A DNA stretch of 64,000 bases from Betaproteobacteria bacterium (GTDB taxonomy: Bacteria > Pseudomonadota > Gammaproteobacteria > Burkholderiales > JACQAP01). Below the pieces are notes generated by a model. The model was not told the DNA's origin. It worked only from the letters and a program-made list of their open reading frames with translations, and did no database searches. Below are positions 37,299-46,923 of the stretch, piece by piece. The stretch spans positions 140,942 to 204,941 of the forward strand of contig JACQAP010000021.1 in NCBI GenBank assembly GCA_016194905.1. Direction: 5' to 3'. The position numbers were made by a program, and so were the translations under genes. The number at the start of each line of letters is the position of its first letter. The first letter of the stretch is position 1.

Positions 37299-38081
37299 AT
37301 GATTCGCTCGTTGTGGATTTCGAAGACCGGACTGGAAGCGCAGCAGACCCAGATGGATGTGATCGCCCATAACCTGGCGAACGTCAGCACCAACGGGTTC
37401 AAGCGCCAGCGTGCGGTGTTCGAGGATCTGCTGTACCAGACGCTGCGCCAGCCCGGCGCGCAGTCCTCGCAGCAGACCGAGGTGCCATCGGGGATGCAGA
37501 TCGGTACCGGCGTGCAGCCCATCGCAACCGAGCGCGTCTTCACGCAGGGCAATATTCAGCAGACCGGCAATGCCCTCGATGTGGCGATCCAGGGTGACGG
37601 CTTCTTCCAGGTATTGCTGCCGGACGGCACGACGGCGTATACGCGCGATGGCGCATTCCAGTTGAACAGTCAGGGCCAACTGGTTACATCCAGCGGGTAC
37701 CAGGTCCAGCCTGCGATCACCATGCCGGCGAACGTCATCTCTGTAACCATCGCCAAGGACGGCATCGTTTCCGTTACGCAGGCCGGGTCCAGCACGCCGA
37801 CGCAAATCGGACAGATGCAGCTTGCGACCTTCATCAATACCGGGGGATTGCAGTCGCGCGGTGAGAACCTTTACCTGGAAACGGCGGCGTCCGGCGCCCC
37901 GCAGCCGAACGCGCCGGGCTCGAATGGCGCCGGCCTTCTGAACCAGTCCTACGTCGAGACTTCGAACGTCAACGTCGTCGAGGAACTGGTGAACATGATC
38001 CAGACCCAGCGCGCTTACGAAATCAACTCGAAATCGATCCAGACCTCCGACCAGATGCTGGCGAGACTGACGCAATTGTAA
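37299..38081 (+). CDS. flgG: flagellar distal rod protein FlgG
   Basis: [39 protein letters not shown]-terminal [16 protein letters not shown]. Confidence 0.93.
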   Translation: MIRSLWISKTGLEAQQTQMDVIAHNLANVSTNGFKRQRAVFEDLLYQTLRQPGAQSSQQTEVPSGMQIGTGVQPIATERVFTQGNIQQTGNALDVAIQGDGFFQVLLPDGTTAYTRDGAFQLNSQGQLVTSSGYQVQPAITMPANVISVTIAKDGIVSVTQAGSSTPTQIGQMQLATFINTGGLQSRGENLYLETAASGAPQPNAPGSNGAGLLNQSYVETSNVNVVEELVNMIQTQRAYEINSKSIQTSDQMLARLTQL

Positions 38082-38085
38082 AGGC

Positions 38086-38157
38086 GGGACTCAGGACTCG
38101 GGACTCAGGACTGAGTGATTTGTGCCGTGGTCGGCTTTTACTGAGTCCTCAGTCCTT
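38086..38157. repeat. intergenic inverted heptamer-array element (GGACTCA/GGACTCG units)
   Basis: GGGACTCAGGACTCGGGACTCAGGACTGAGT ... 24 nt ... CTGAGTCCTCAGTCCTT. The arms are complementary. Confidence 0.75.
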
Positions 38158-38176
38158 GTCACAAGGGATACGAACC

Positions 38177-38845
38177 ATGCGCTTGTACCGAATTATCTTG
38201 ATTGCATCGGCGACATTAATGCCCGCCTGTGCCGTCAATCAGCCGCCCATCGTGCACCAGCCGATGACGGCGCGGCCGCTGCCGGACGCGGGGGCGCGCG
38301 CGCAGCCGGCGGGTTCGATCTATCAACAGGCCAACTTCCGCCCGCTGTTCGAAGACAGGCGCGCGCGCTTCGTCGGCGACACGCTGACCATCTTCATCAC
38401 GGAAAAGACCGCCGCGAACAAGAAGTCCGGTGCCGGCGCGGAGCGCACGAGCGCAGTCTCCGCGTCGGTGCCCACCGTACAGGGATTGCCCGGCAAAACG
38501 TTCCAGGGACTGGGGCTCGATGCCAGTTCTTCGAACAAGTTCGACGGCAAAGGCCAGGCCGCGGCAAGCAACGATTTCACCGGCACGGTGACCGTGACCG
38601 TCATCGAGGTGCTGCCGAACGGCAATTTGCTGGTCAGCGGCGAAAAGCAGATCGCAATGAGCCAGGGCTCCGAATTCATCCGCTTCTCCGGGGTGGTCAA
38701 TCCGGTGACAGTCAGTGCCAGCAACAGCGTCATTTCCACCCAGGTGGCCGATGCGCGCATCGAATACCGCGCCAACGGCTACATCGACGAGGCGCAAACG
38801 ATGGGATGGCTTGCGAGATTCTTCAACAACGTACTGCCATTTTGA
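38177..38845 (+). CDS. flgH: flagellar L-ring lipoprotein FlgH
   Basis: Lipobox LMPAC in MRLYRIILIASATLMPACAV. FlgH core (GDTLTIFITEKTAA..., TVTVIEVLPNGNLLVSGEK). Confidence 0.9.
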   Translation: MRLYRIILIASATLMPACAVNQPPIVHQPMTARPLPDAGARAQPAGSIYQQANFRPLFEDRRARFVGDTLTIFITEKTAANKKSGAGAERTSAVSASVPTVQGLPGKTFQGLGLDASSSNKFDGKGQAAASNDFTGTVTVTVIEVLPNGNLLVSGEKQIAMSQGSEFIRFSGVVNPVTVSASNSVISTQVADARIEYRANGYIDEAQTMGWLARFFNNVLPF

Positions 38846-38847
38846 AA

Positions 38848-39987
38848 ATGCAAATGAAAGATCCCGAAAAACTAAAAGCCGCCGCGTGGTTTCTTGTGCT
38901 GATTAGCGCCTTGTGTTTCGGGCCGCTGGCGCGATCCGCGCACGCGGATCGCCTCAAGGAAATGGCGAGAGTGCAGGGCGTGCGCGATAACCAGTTGATC
39001 GGTTACGGGCTCGTGGTCGGCCTTGACGGCAGCGGCGACCAGACCACCCAGACCCCGTTCACCACGCAGAGCCTGCAGGCGATGTTGTCGCAACTCGGCG
39101 TGCAGTTGCCGCCCGGCACCAGCCTGCAACTCAAGAATGTGGCCGCGGTGATGGTAACGGCAACGTTGCCGGCATTCACCCGGTCCGGACAGACCATCGA
39201 TCTGACCGTGTCATCGCTCGGTAATGCGAAGAGTCTGCGCGGCGGCACATTGCTGATGACGCCCCTGAAAGGCGCCGATGGCCAGGTGTACGCCATCGCG
39301 CAAGGCAACGTTCTGGTTGGCGGGGTGGGCGCAGCGGCCAACGGCAGCAAGGTGCAGGTCAACCATCTGGCCGTAGGCCGTGTTCCGAGTGGCGCGACGG
39401 TCGAGCGCGAGGTTGCCACGACCATCGGCCGCGGTGAATACATTTATCTCGAGTCGAATACCACGGATTTCAATACGTCCCGCCAGATTGCGGAAGTGAT
39501 CAACGCCTTTGTCGGACCGGAGCTGGCCTCCGCCGTCGATGGCAGGGTGGTGCGCGTGCGTGCACCGGTCGAGCAGGACAAGCGCGTGGAATTCCTGGCC
39601 CGCCTGGAAAACCTGGAGATCGTACCGGCCAAGAGCGCGGCGAAGGTCATCGTCAATGCCCGCACCGGTTCGGTCGTGATGAACCAGACGGTGACCATCG
39701 AGCCCTGCGCCGTCGCGCACGGCAACCTGTCGGTGATCATCAGCACGGAACCGGTCATCAGCCAGCCGAACGTTCTTTCGCTGCGCGGCGACACCGTGCA
39801 GGCGCAACGCTCCAACATCGAGATCCGCGAAGACAAGGGCGGCCTCGTCACCATGCCGGCCGGCGTATCGCTTGCCGAAGTGGTTAAGGCGCTCAATTCG
39901 ATCGGCGCCACACCGCAGGATCTGCTCGCCATTCTGCAGGCCATGAAGTCCGCGGGCGTGCTGCGCGCCGATCTCGAGATCATCTGA
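38848..39987 (+). CDS. flgI: flagellar P-ring protein FlgI
   Basis: ATG 38848 inside the long ORF. Signal peptide, then RVQGVRDNQLIGYGLVVGLDGSGD. Confidence 0.92.
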   Translation: MQMKDPEKLKAAAWFLVLISALCFGPLARSAHADRLKEMARVQGVRDNQLIGYGLVVGLDGSGDQTTQTPFTTQSLQAMLSQLGVQLPPGTSLQLKNVAAVMVTATLPAFTRSGQTIDLTVSSLGNAKSLRGGTLLMTPLKGADGQVYAIAQGNVLVGGVGAAANGSKVQVNHLAVGRVPSGATVEREVATTIGRGEYIYLESNTTDFNTSRQIAEVINAFVGPELASAVDGRVVRVRAPVEQDKRVEFLARLENLEIVPAKSAAKVIVNARTGSVVMNQTVTIEPCAVAHGNLSVIISTEPVISQPNVLSLRGDTVQAQRSNIEIREDKGGLVTMPAGVSLAEVVKALNSIGATPQDLLAILQAMKSAGVLRADLEII

Positions 39988-39997
39988 TCGGGTCCAG

Positions 39998-40894
39998 ATG
40001 GCAATCGGCAATGATCCCGCTGCAATCGCGCTGGCTGGCGGCACCCAGGGCGTAGATGCCCTGCGCCTGAAGGCCAGGACCGACCCGAAGGGCGCGGTAA
40101 AGGAAACGGCGCGCCAGTTCGAGGCGCTGTTGATGAACGTCATGCTCAAGAGCATGCGCGAGACGGTTGCCCAGGACGGCCTGTTCGACAGCGAGCAGAC
40201 CCGGCTCTACACTTCGATGCTCGACCAGCAACTGTCGCAGTCCATGGCCAAGCGCGGAATCGGCATCACCGAGGTTCTGGCGCGCCAGTTGACGCCTGCC
40301 GCGCAGGCGGCGGCGACGGATGCGGCGGCGCCGACGGCGAAACCCGGCGTCTCACCGTCGAGTCTGCAAGGCACGCCGCCGTCCTTAGCGCCCGCGCAAA
40401 ATCCTGCGAGCACGTCACAGGATGCGAAAAGCCAGGCGCGGATGTTCATCGAACGCCTTGCACCCGACGCAGAGGCGGTGAGCCGCGACACGGGCATTCC
40501 CGTGCGCTTCCTGCTCGGACATGCCGCGCTGGAATCCGGCTGGGGTCGCGCCGAAATTCGGGCGGCCGACGGCACGCCGAGCCACAACCTGTTCGGCATC
40601 AAGGCCGGCGCCGGCTGGCCGGGCCGTACCGTCGAGGTGCAGACCACGGAATACGCAGGTGGCGTGGCACAAAAGAAGGTCGAAACTTTCCGCGCTTACG
40701 ACTCTTACCGGGACTCATTGCGCGATTACGCGAATCTACTGGCGACCAGTCCGCGCTATGCCGAGGTGCTGAAGAACACGAACGACGCCCGTGCCTATGC
40801 GCGCGAGTTGCAGGACGCCGGATATGCCACCGATCCGCGTTATGCGGACAAGCTCGCCGGCGTCATCGACGGCAAATTTCTGCGCCTTGTCTAA
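39998..40894 (+). CDS. flgJ: rod-cap/peptidoglycan hydrolase FlgJ
   Basis: N-terminal rod-binding motif (ARQFEALLMNVMLKSMRE). C-terminal glucosaminidase-like (HNLFGIKAG..., GYATDPRYADKL). Confidence 0.88.
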   Translation: MAIGNDPAAIALAGGTQGVDALRLKARTDPKGAVKETARQFEALLMNVMLKSMRETVAQDGLFDSEQTRLYTSMLDQQLSQSMAKRGIGITEVLARQLTPAAQAAATDAAAPTAKPGVSPSSLQGTPPSLAPAQNPASTSQDAKSQARMFIERLAPDAEAVSRDTGIPVRFLLGHAALESGWGRAEIRAADGTPSHNLFGIKAGAGWPGRTVEVQTTEYAGGVAQKKVETFRAYDSYRDSLRDYANLLATSPRYAEVLKNTNDARAYARELQDAGYATDPRYADKLAGVIDGKFLRLV

Positions 40895-40906
40895 GCTGGC
40901 ATGACG

Positions 40907-40933
40907 TCAAGTTCGCTCGCGGCCTGCCGTTAA
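40907..40933 (+). promoter_or_regulatory. sigma-28-type promoter upstream of flgKL
   Basis: TCAAGTTC-N11-GCCGTTAA, 28 nt upstream of the flgK start. Confidence 0.5.
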
Positions 40934-40960
40934 CAACGCAGGATCAGGGAAGGAAAGCCT

Positions 40961-42865
40961 TTGGCAACCAATATCTTCGGCATCGGCGTTACCGGCCTGC
41001 AGGCGGCCCAGGCCGGTCTGATCACGGCCGGCCACAATATTTCCAATGCCAACACGCCTGGCTATACACGCCAACAGGTCGATTTTTCCAATGCGACCCC
41101 GTTGGCAACCGGCAGCGGTTTTTTCGGCAACGGTGTCGATGTCGTCACTGTGAAGCGGTTGTACAGCCAGTTCCTTTCCAACGAAGTTCTGACCGCATCC
41201 ACGCAATCGAACTCGCTCGACAGCTATTATTCGCAGATTCAGCAGCTCGACAACCTGCTCGCAGACCCGTCAGCCGGATTGTCACCCGCCTTGCAAGATT
41301 TCTTCACCGCGGTGCAAGGCGTGGCAACGACGCCGAATGTGGCTTCTTCCCGTCAGGCACTGCTCTCGTCGGCGGAAGCGTTGAGATCGAGATTCCAGGT
41401 CATCGACCAGCGGTTGACCGACTTGCGCGACGGCGTTAATTCGGACGTTGGTGCAATGGCACAGGAAATCAGCAATTTCGCCACGCAGATCGCCGACCTG
41501 AACCAGCGCATCATCGTGGCTCGCAGCGCCACCGGCGGGCAGCCACCCAACGATTTGCTCGACCAGCGGGATCGGCTGGTGGCGGATCTCAACCAGGACA
41601 TTCGCGCCACCGTCGTGGTCCAGGACGACGGCGCCTACGATGTTTTCGTCGGCAGCGGACAGCCGCTGGTTGCCGGCACGCTGGCCTACTCGCTGGCCAC
41701 GTTGCGCGATCCGCTCGATCCCACCAAGCTCACGGTCGGCTACCGAACGGCCTCTGGAGTCGTGCAACTGCCGGAAGCGACGCTCAACGGCGGCAAGCTC
41801 GGTGGGCTGCTGGCTTTCCGCAGCGAAGCGCTCGATCCCGCACAGAATGCGCTGGGCCGTGTGGCGATAACGCTGGCCCAGACTTTCAATGCCCAGCATG
41901 AGCTGGGACAGGACTTGAACGGACAACTCGGCACGGCCCTGTTCTCGATCGGCACGCCGCAGGTCAATTCCAACCTCAACAACACCGGCAACGCCGTGAT
42001 CGCGGCCGCGTTCGATTCGACCAACGTCGGCGGACTGACGGCCAGCGATTACCGGCTGAACTACGACGGGGCCAATTTCACCCTGACGCGGCTGGCCGAC
42101 AACACAACCCAGACCTTCGCCACGTTCCCGCAGAACGTGGACGGCTTCACGCTGACGCTCGCTTCAGGGGCGGCCGCGGCCGGCGACTCTTTCCTGATTC
42201 GCCCGACGGTGGCGGGCGCATCGACGCTGGGCGTTGCCATCACCGATCCGTCGAAGATCGCGGCGGCAGCGCCGGTGCGCACCGCGCAAGGCGCGGCGAA
42301 TACCGGCACGGGAAAAATCAACGCCGGGACGGTCAATTCGGTCGGTGCGAACCTGCAGCAGCCGGTGACCATCACGTTCACCAGTGCAACCACGTTCGAC
42401 GTGAGCGGCACTGGTACGGGTAATCCCACCGGTCTGACCTATACCGCGGGACAGAACATCGCTTTCAACGGCTGGACCGTACAGATCAGCGGCGCACCGG
42501 CGACGGGCGATACGTTCAGCGTTGGCCCGAACACCGGCGGCAGCGGCGACAATCGCAACGCGCTTGCGCTCGCGAGCCTGCAGACCACGAAGATCCTGGA
42601 CGGCGGCACCGCGTCGTATCAGGGAGCCTATGCGTCTCTGGTCAGCCAGGTCGGTACGCAGACGCGGCAACTGCAGGTCACCAGTGCGGCGCAAGCCGCC
42701 GTACTCGAACAGGCGCAGACCGCGCAGCAGTCTTATTCCGGCGTGAACCTCGACGAAGAAGCCGCCAACCTGATTCGCTTCCAACAGGCCTATCAGGCCT
42801 CCGGCAAGGTATTGCAGATCGCGTCGACGCTGTTCGACACGCTGCTCCAGCTCGGCAGCCACTGA
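40961..42865 (+). CDS. flgK: hook-filament junction protein FlgK
   Basis: TTG start after GGAAGGAAAG. N-terminal GVTGLQAAQAGLITAGHNISNANTPGYTRQ. C-terminal IRFQQAYQASGKV. Confidence 0.88.
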   Translation: MATNIFGIGVTGLQAAQAGLITAGHNISNANTPGYTRQQVDFSNATPLATGSGFFGNGVDVVTVKRLYSQFLSNEVLTASTQSNSLDSYYSQIQQLDNLLADPSAGLSPALQDFFTAVQGVATTPNVASSRQALLSSAEALRSRFQVIDQRLTDLRDGVNSDVGAMAQEISNFATQIADLNQRIIVARSATGGQPPNDLLDQRDRLVADLNQDIRATVVVQDDGAYDVFVGSGQPLVAGTLAYSLATLRDPLDPTKLTVGYRTASGVVQLPEATLNGGKLGGLLAFRSEALDPAQNALGRVAITLAQTFNAQHELGQDLNGQLGTALFSIGTPQVNSNLNNTGNAVIAAAFDSTNVGGLTASDYRLNYDGANFTLTRLADNTTQTFATFPQNVDGFTLTLASGAAAAGDSFLIRPTVAGASTLGVAITDPSKIAAAAPVRTAQGAANTGTGKINAGTVNSVGANLQQPVTITFTSATTFDVSGTGTGNPTGLTYTAGQNIAFNGWTVQISGAPATGDTFSVGPNTGGSGDNRNALALASLQTTKILDGGTASYQGAYASLVSQVGTQTRQLQVTSAAQAAVLEQAQTAQQSYSGVNLDEEAANLIRFQQAYQASGKVLQIASTLFDTLLQLGSH

Positions 42866-42876
42866 GAGAGATCGTC

Positions 42877-44085
42877 ATGCGCATCAGCTCCAACACCATC
42901 TACGATCTCGGCGTCAGCGCAATGAACCGGCAGCAGACGCAATTGCTGAAGACCCAGCAGCAGATCTCGGCCAATCGACGCGTTCTCACGCCGTCGGACG
43001 ATCCGATCGCTTCCTCGCGTGCGCTCGAAATTACACAGGCCGACTCGATAAACACGCAATACGGCGCGAATGCGCAAACGGCGTCAGGCCGCCTTTCGCT
43101 GACCGAGCAGGCGCTCGGTCGCGTGACGGATTTGCTGCAATCGATCAGGCAGAACGCAATCACGGCCGGCAATGGCAGTTTCACCGCGTCGGACCGCGAA
43201 TCCGTGGCGCAGGACGTCCAGGCGATGTACGACGAACTCCTGACGGTCGCCAATACCACGGACGGTGAAAGCAATTATCTGTTTTCCGGATTCCAGACGG
43301 ACCTGCAGCCATTTTCGCCGACTGCCGCCGGTGTGCAGTATCTGGGCGACGACGGGCAACGGCTGGTGCAGGTTGCGAGCGGCCGGCAGGTGGCCGTCAG
43401 CGAATCCGGTGCCGATGTATTCACGCGCATACGCCGTGGAAACGGGACATTCGCGGTGTCAGCCCCGGCGGCCAATACCGGCAACGCAACCTACAGCAAG
43501 GGTACGGTCACCGACGCCGCCGCGCTCACCGGGGACCAGTATCAGATCGTGTTCAGCGTGACCGGCACGACCACGACCTACGACGTTCTCGACGTAACCG
43601 CCGGCACCACGGTGGCCGCCGCACAGCCCTATACCAGCGGCGCATCGATCGCCTTCGACGGCATGAGCCTGGAGGTCAGCGGCACGCCGGCCGCGGGCGA
43701 TTTGGTGCAGATCGATCCCAGTACCAATCAGGATATTTTCAAGACGGTATCGGATCTTGTCGCTGCACTGAGGGCGCCCGCCGGAGACCCGGCCGCGCAG
43801 GCTCGGCTGCAGAACTCGCTTACCGATGCGGTGACCAACCTCGACCAGGACCTCAACAACGTCAGTTCGGTGCGTGCGGGCGTCGGCACGCGCATGCGCG
43901 AAACCGACGATCATCAGAACAGCAGCGAAGATCTGTCATTGCAATACAAGCAGGTCCTGTCGAAACTGCAGGATCTGGATTATGCAAAAGCGGTCAGCGA
44001 TCTGGTCCAGCAGCAGACCAACCTCCAGGCGGCACAGAAGACTTTCCTGCAGACGGCGCAACTGTCGATATTCAACTACCTCTGA
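42877..44085 (+). CDS. flgL: hook-filament junction protein FlgL
   Basis: MRISSNTIYDLGVSAMNRQQTQL...SDDPIASSRAL. Flagellin-like termini. Follows flgK. Confidence 0.85.
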   Translation: MRISSNTIYDLGVSAMNRQQTQLLKTQQQISANRRVLTPSDDPIASSRALEITQADSINTQYGANAQTASGRLSLTEQALGRVTDLLQSIRQNAITAGNGSFTASDRESVAQDVQAMYDELLTVANTTDGESNYLFSGFQTDLQPFSPTAAGVQYLGDDGQRLVQVASGRQVAVSESGADVFTRIRRGNGTFAVSAPAANTGNATYSKGTVTDAAALTGDQYQIVFSVTGTTTTYDVLDVTAGTTVAAAQPYTSGASIAFDGMSLEVSGTPAAGDLVQIDPSTNQDIFKTVSDLVAALRAPAGDPAAQARLQNSLTDAVTNLDQDLNNVSSVRAGVGTRMRETDDHQNSSEDLSLQYKQVLSKLQDLDYAKAVSDLVQQQTNLQAAQKTFLQTAQLSIFNYL

Positions 44086-44116
44086 GGAGCGGGTCTGGGG
44101 AAACCCTTTCGGCTCA

Positions 44117-44893
44117 TCACTTCTGAAGTATTTCCAGTGCCGCAGATGCGCCGGAGGTCAGCAGTTTCTCCATCGGCACCGTCAGGTAGGGCAGCACCAG
44201 CGCCAGCATGAAAAATCCCAGCAGCAACGTGATCGGAAACCCGACTGCGAAAATATTGAGTTGAGGTGCGGTGCGCGTCAGCACGCCTAATGCGAGGTTG
44301 GTAATGAGCAGCGCCGCGACGACCGGCAATGCCAGTGTCAGCCCGGCTGCGAACATTTGACCGCCCCAGGACACCAGACTGAACGCAGCATGTGCGCCGA
44401 ACAGATCGGTGCCGATCGGCAGCATGGCAAAACTTTGTGCGAGCGTGGAGATCATCAGCAGGTGCCCATTCAGCGCCAGGAAGAACAGCACCGCCAGCAG
44501 GCTCATGAGCTCTGCAATTACGGGCGCGTTGTTTCCGTGCTGCGGATCGAAGAATGTCGCGAATCCCAGGCCCATCTGCAATCCGATCAGTTCGCCCGCC
44601 GTATCGACTGCCGCGAACGCGATACGCATCGCCAGACCCATCGCCGTGCCAATGACGATCTGCTGGATCAACACCAGCAGGCCTTCGTATGAGGATGGCG
44701 ATACGTCGGGAATGGGGCCGGCGAGCGGCGCGATCACGAGCGTCAGAGCCAATCCGAGACCGAGCCGAATGCGCCGCGGTACACCGCGATTGCCAAACAC
44801 CGGCGCCGTCGAGACCAGCGCGAGGATCCGCGCCATCGGGAATGCGAAGGAGGCGAGAAAGGCGGCTAGTTGGGTGGAAGTGAGGGAGAGCAT
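44117..44893 (-). CDS. fliR: flagellar export gate protein FliR
   Basis: 258-aa polytopic membrane protein of FliR type (FLASFAFPMARILALVSTAPVFG). Confidence 0.9.
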   Translation of the reverse strand: MLSLTSTQLAAFLASFAFPMARILALVSTAPVFGNRGVPRRIRLGLGLALTLVIAPLAGPIPDVSPSSYEGLLVLIQQIVIGTAMGLAMRIAFAAVDTAGELIGLQMGLGFATFFDPQHGNNAPVIAELMSLLAVLFFLALNGHLLMISTLAQSFAMLPIGTDLFGAHAAFSLVSWGGQMFAAGLTLALPVVAALLITNLALGVLTRTAPQLNIFAVGFPITLLLGFFMLALVLPYLTVPMEKLLTSGASAALEILQK

Positions 44894-44896
44894 GAT

Positions 44897-45024
44897 GGGA
44901 TAGGGGCTAGGGATCAGGGGCTAGGGGCTGGAAGAAAAGCGCTGACAAATTATGTTAAGGCAGTAAAGGCCTGAAGACGTGTTCCCCTAGCACCTAGTCC
45001 CTCACCCCTAGCCCCTAGCCCCTG
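44897..45024. repeat. intergenic inverted heptamer-array element (GGGGCTA units) inside the fliQ-fliR junction
   Basis: Left arm TAGGGGC TAGGGAT CAGGGGC TAGGGGC. 53-nt core. Right arm CCCCTAG CACCTAG TCCCTCA CCCCTAG CCCCTAG CCCCTG. Confidence 0.85.
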
Positions 45025-45028
45025 TCTT

Positions 45029-45298
45029 TCAGCCAATCATGAACGGCAGGTTCTCCAGCAGCCGCCGCATGTAGTCCACCATCATCGTGATCATCCACGG
45101 GCCGGCAAGGACCAGCATGACAAGGATCGCGATGAGCTTGGGAATGAACGACAAGGTCATTTCATTGATCTGTGTGGCCGCCTGAAACACGCTGACCAGA
45201 AGGCCGACGGCGAGCGCGGAAAGGAGCAGCGGCGCCGATACCAGCAGCGTCAATTCGAGCGCGTGGCGGCCGATGGTCATTACGGATTCCGGTGTCAC
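45029..45298 (-). CDS. fliQ: flagellar export gate protein FliQ
   Basis: 89 aa with two TM helices. [25 protein letters not shown] is FliQ type. Confidence 0.92.
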   Translation of the reverse strand: MTPESVMTIGRHALELTLLVSAPLLLSALAVGLLVSVFQAATQINEMTLSFIPKLIAILVMLVLAGPWMITMMVDYMRRLLENLPFMIG

Positions 45299-46041
45299 GG
45301 CGAGAAGCTCCTGACCAGGGAGCCGATCAGCAGATTCCAGCCGTCCGCCAGCACGAATAGCATGATCTTGAAGGGCAGCGAAATCATGACCGGAGAGAGC
45401 ATCATCATGCCCATCGACATCAGCACGCTCGAGACCACCATGTCGATGATCAGGAAGGGGATGAAAATCAGGAAGCCGATCTGGAAGGCCGTCTTCAGCT
45501 CCGAGGTCACGAAGGCCGGGATCAGTGCTTTCATCGGCACCTGATCGGGCGTAGCGGCTTCGCTATCGGCCAGCTTCATGAACAAGCCGAGGTCGGCCTC
45601 GCGGGTCTGCTTCAGCATGAACTGCCGCAGCGGCACGCCAGCACGATCCATGGCCTGCGTCGCGTTGATCTTGTTCTGCGAGAACGGCTGGTAGGCGTCC
45701 CTGTAGATCGAGTCGAGCGTCGGTGCCATCACGAAGAAATTCAGGAACAGCGCCAGACCGACCAGTACCTGGTTGGGTGGCGCGGTCGGCGTGCCGATGG
45801 CCTGGCGCAGCAACGACAGCACGATGATGATGCGGGTGAAGCCAGTCATCATCAGCAATAGCGCCGGCAGGAAAGTCAGCGCGGTCAGGAACAACAACGA
45901 CTGGATCGGCAGGGAGTAGGTCTGGCTTCCGCCGGGTCCCGGCGCGCTGGTGAACGCCGGCAGGCCGGCCTGTTGCGCGAGCCCCGGCAGCGCCGGCACA
46001 AGCAGCATCAAGGCGACAAGCCAGCGCACACTCTTAGCCAT
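45295..46041 (-). CDS. fliP: flagellar export gate protein FliP
   Basis: Signal peptide. FliP motifs ([56 protein letters not shown]). Confidence 0.93.
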   Translation of the reverse strand: MAKSVRWLVALMLLVPALPGLAQQAGLPAFTSAPGPGGSQTYSLPIQSLLFLTALTFLPALLLMMTGFTRIIIVLSLLRQAIGTPTAPPNQVLVGLALFLNFFVMAPTLDSIYRDAYQPFSQNKINATQAMDRAGVPLRQFMLKQTREADLGLFMKLADSEAATPDQVPMKALIPAFVTSELKTAFQIGFLIFIPFLIIDMVVSSVLMSMGMMMLSPVMISLPFKIMLFVLADGWNLLIGSLVRSFSP

Positions 46042-46468
46042 GGTTGCGGCGCTCGAGAGTCTGTTTCAGCCAGACGGCGAAACCGTTCGGCGCGCCAGGC
46101 GCCCGTGCCACTTGATAATTGTCCGGCCGCGGCATGCTGTGAATCTGGGAAACCCGGCCCGGTGCGACGCCGACGACCAGCCAGGTGTCATTGACTTCGA
46201 GCAGCAGCACACGCTCGCGATTGCCGACCGCAGTGCCGGCCACGATGCGCAGCGCGCTGCTGCCAGGGGCAACGTTCGGATTGAATCGGCGTATGGCCCA
46301 CGCGGCAACGAACACCATGCCAAGCACCACAGCCAGGCCGAGCAGCACCTGCAGCACGCTGCCCGCGCCGACCGGCGCGGCCATCGCGTCAGCCGCGAAC
46401 GCTGCACATGGCATCAATAGCGTCCAGGCCACGGCCCGGACGGCATGGAAGGGCAGAGCACGCATCAT
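46034..46468 (-). CDS. fliO: flagellar protein FliO
   Basis: ATG 46468 is coupled to the fliN stop (ATGA). Single TM ([21 protein letters not shown]), then [19 protein letters not shown]. The longer listed ORF overlaps fliN and is rejected. Confidence 0.7.
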   Translation of the reverse strand: MMRALPFHAVRAVAWTLLMPCAAFAADAMAAPVGAGSVLQVLLGLAVVLGMVFVAAWAIRRFNPNVAPGSSALRIVAGTAVGNRERVLLLEVNDTWLVVGVAPGRVSQIHSMPRPDNYQVARAPGAPNGFAVWLKQTLERRNHG

Positions 46469-46923
46469 CGGTTCAACTGGCGCATGCGCTCGGAAGGCGT
46501 GACGATGTCGGTCAGGCGGATGCCGAACTTGTCGTTGACCACCACGACTTCGCCTTGTGCGATCAGGCAGCCGTTGACCAGAACGTCCATCGGTTCTCCA
46601 GCCAGTCCGTCGAGCTCGACCACCGAACCTTGAGCGAGCTGCAGGAGGTTTTTGATGGTGATCTTGGTGCGCCCGAGTTCCACGGTGAGCTGCACCGGAA
46701 TGTTGAGAATCAGATCGATGTCGTTCTTGGCGTCGACCGTTCCGCTCGGTGCGAGTTTCTGGAACACGGGCGCGGCGGAAGATTCGACCGCACTCTGTTC
46801 CGCAAGGGCAGCGGCCCAATCGTCGTTCTTCGGTTCTGCAGTAGTGGTTTCGGGCATTGCTGCCTCCGTTGGTTTGGATTGAAAAGGCCTGCGGTCTTTG
46901 TCGCGACGTTCCTGGTCAGGCAT
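46465..46923 (-). CDS. fliN: flagellar C-ring/switch protein FliN
   Basis: SpoA-type C-terminus IPVQLTVELGRTKITIKNLLQLAQGSVVELDGLAGEPMDVLVNG. Confidence 0.9.
   Translation of the reverse strand: MPDQERRDKDRRPFQSKPTEAAMPETTTAEPKNDDWAAALAEQSAVESSAAPVFQKLAPSGTVDAKNDIDLILNIPVQLTVELGRTKITIKNLLQLAQGSVVELDGLAGEPMDVLVNGCLIAQGEVVVVNDKFGIRLTDIVTPSERMRQLNR

Noticed and set aside
44086-44116. Possible bidirectional terminator between flgL and fliR (GGGTCTGGGGAAACCC)
   Set aside because: The stem is only 4 bp and there is no T-tract, which is too weak to call.
46469-46819. 5' extension of the fliO ORF
   Set aside because: It would overlap fliN entirely in another frame and is Arg/His-rich. ATG 46468, coupled to the fliN stop, gives a normal-sized FliO with its TM helix.
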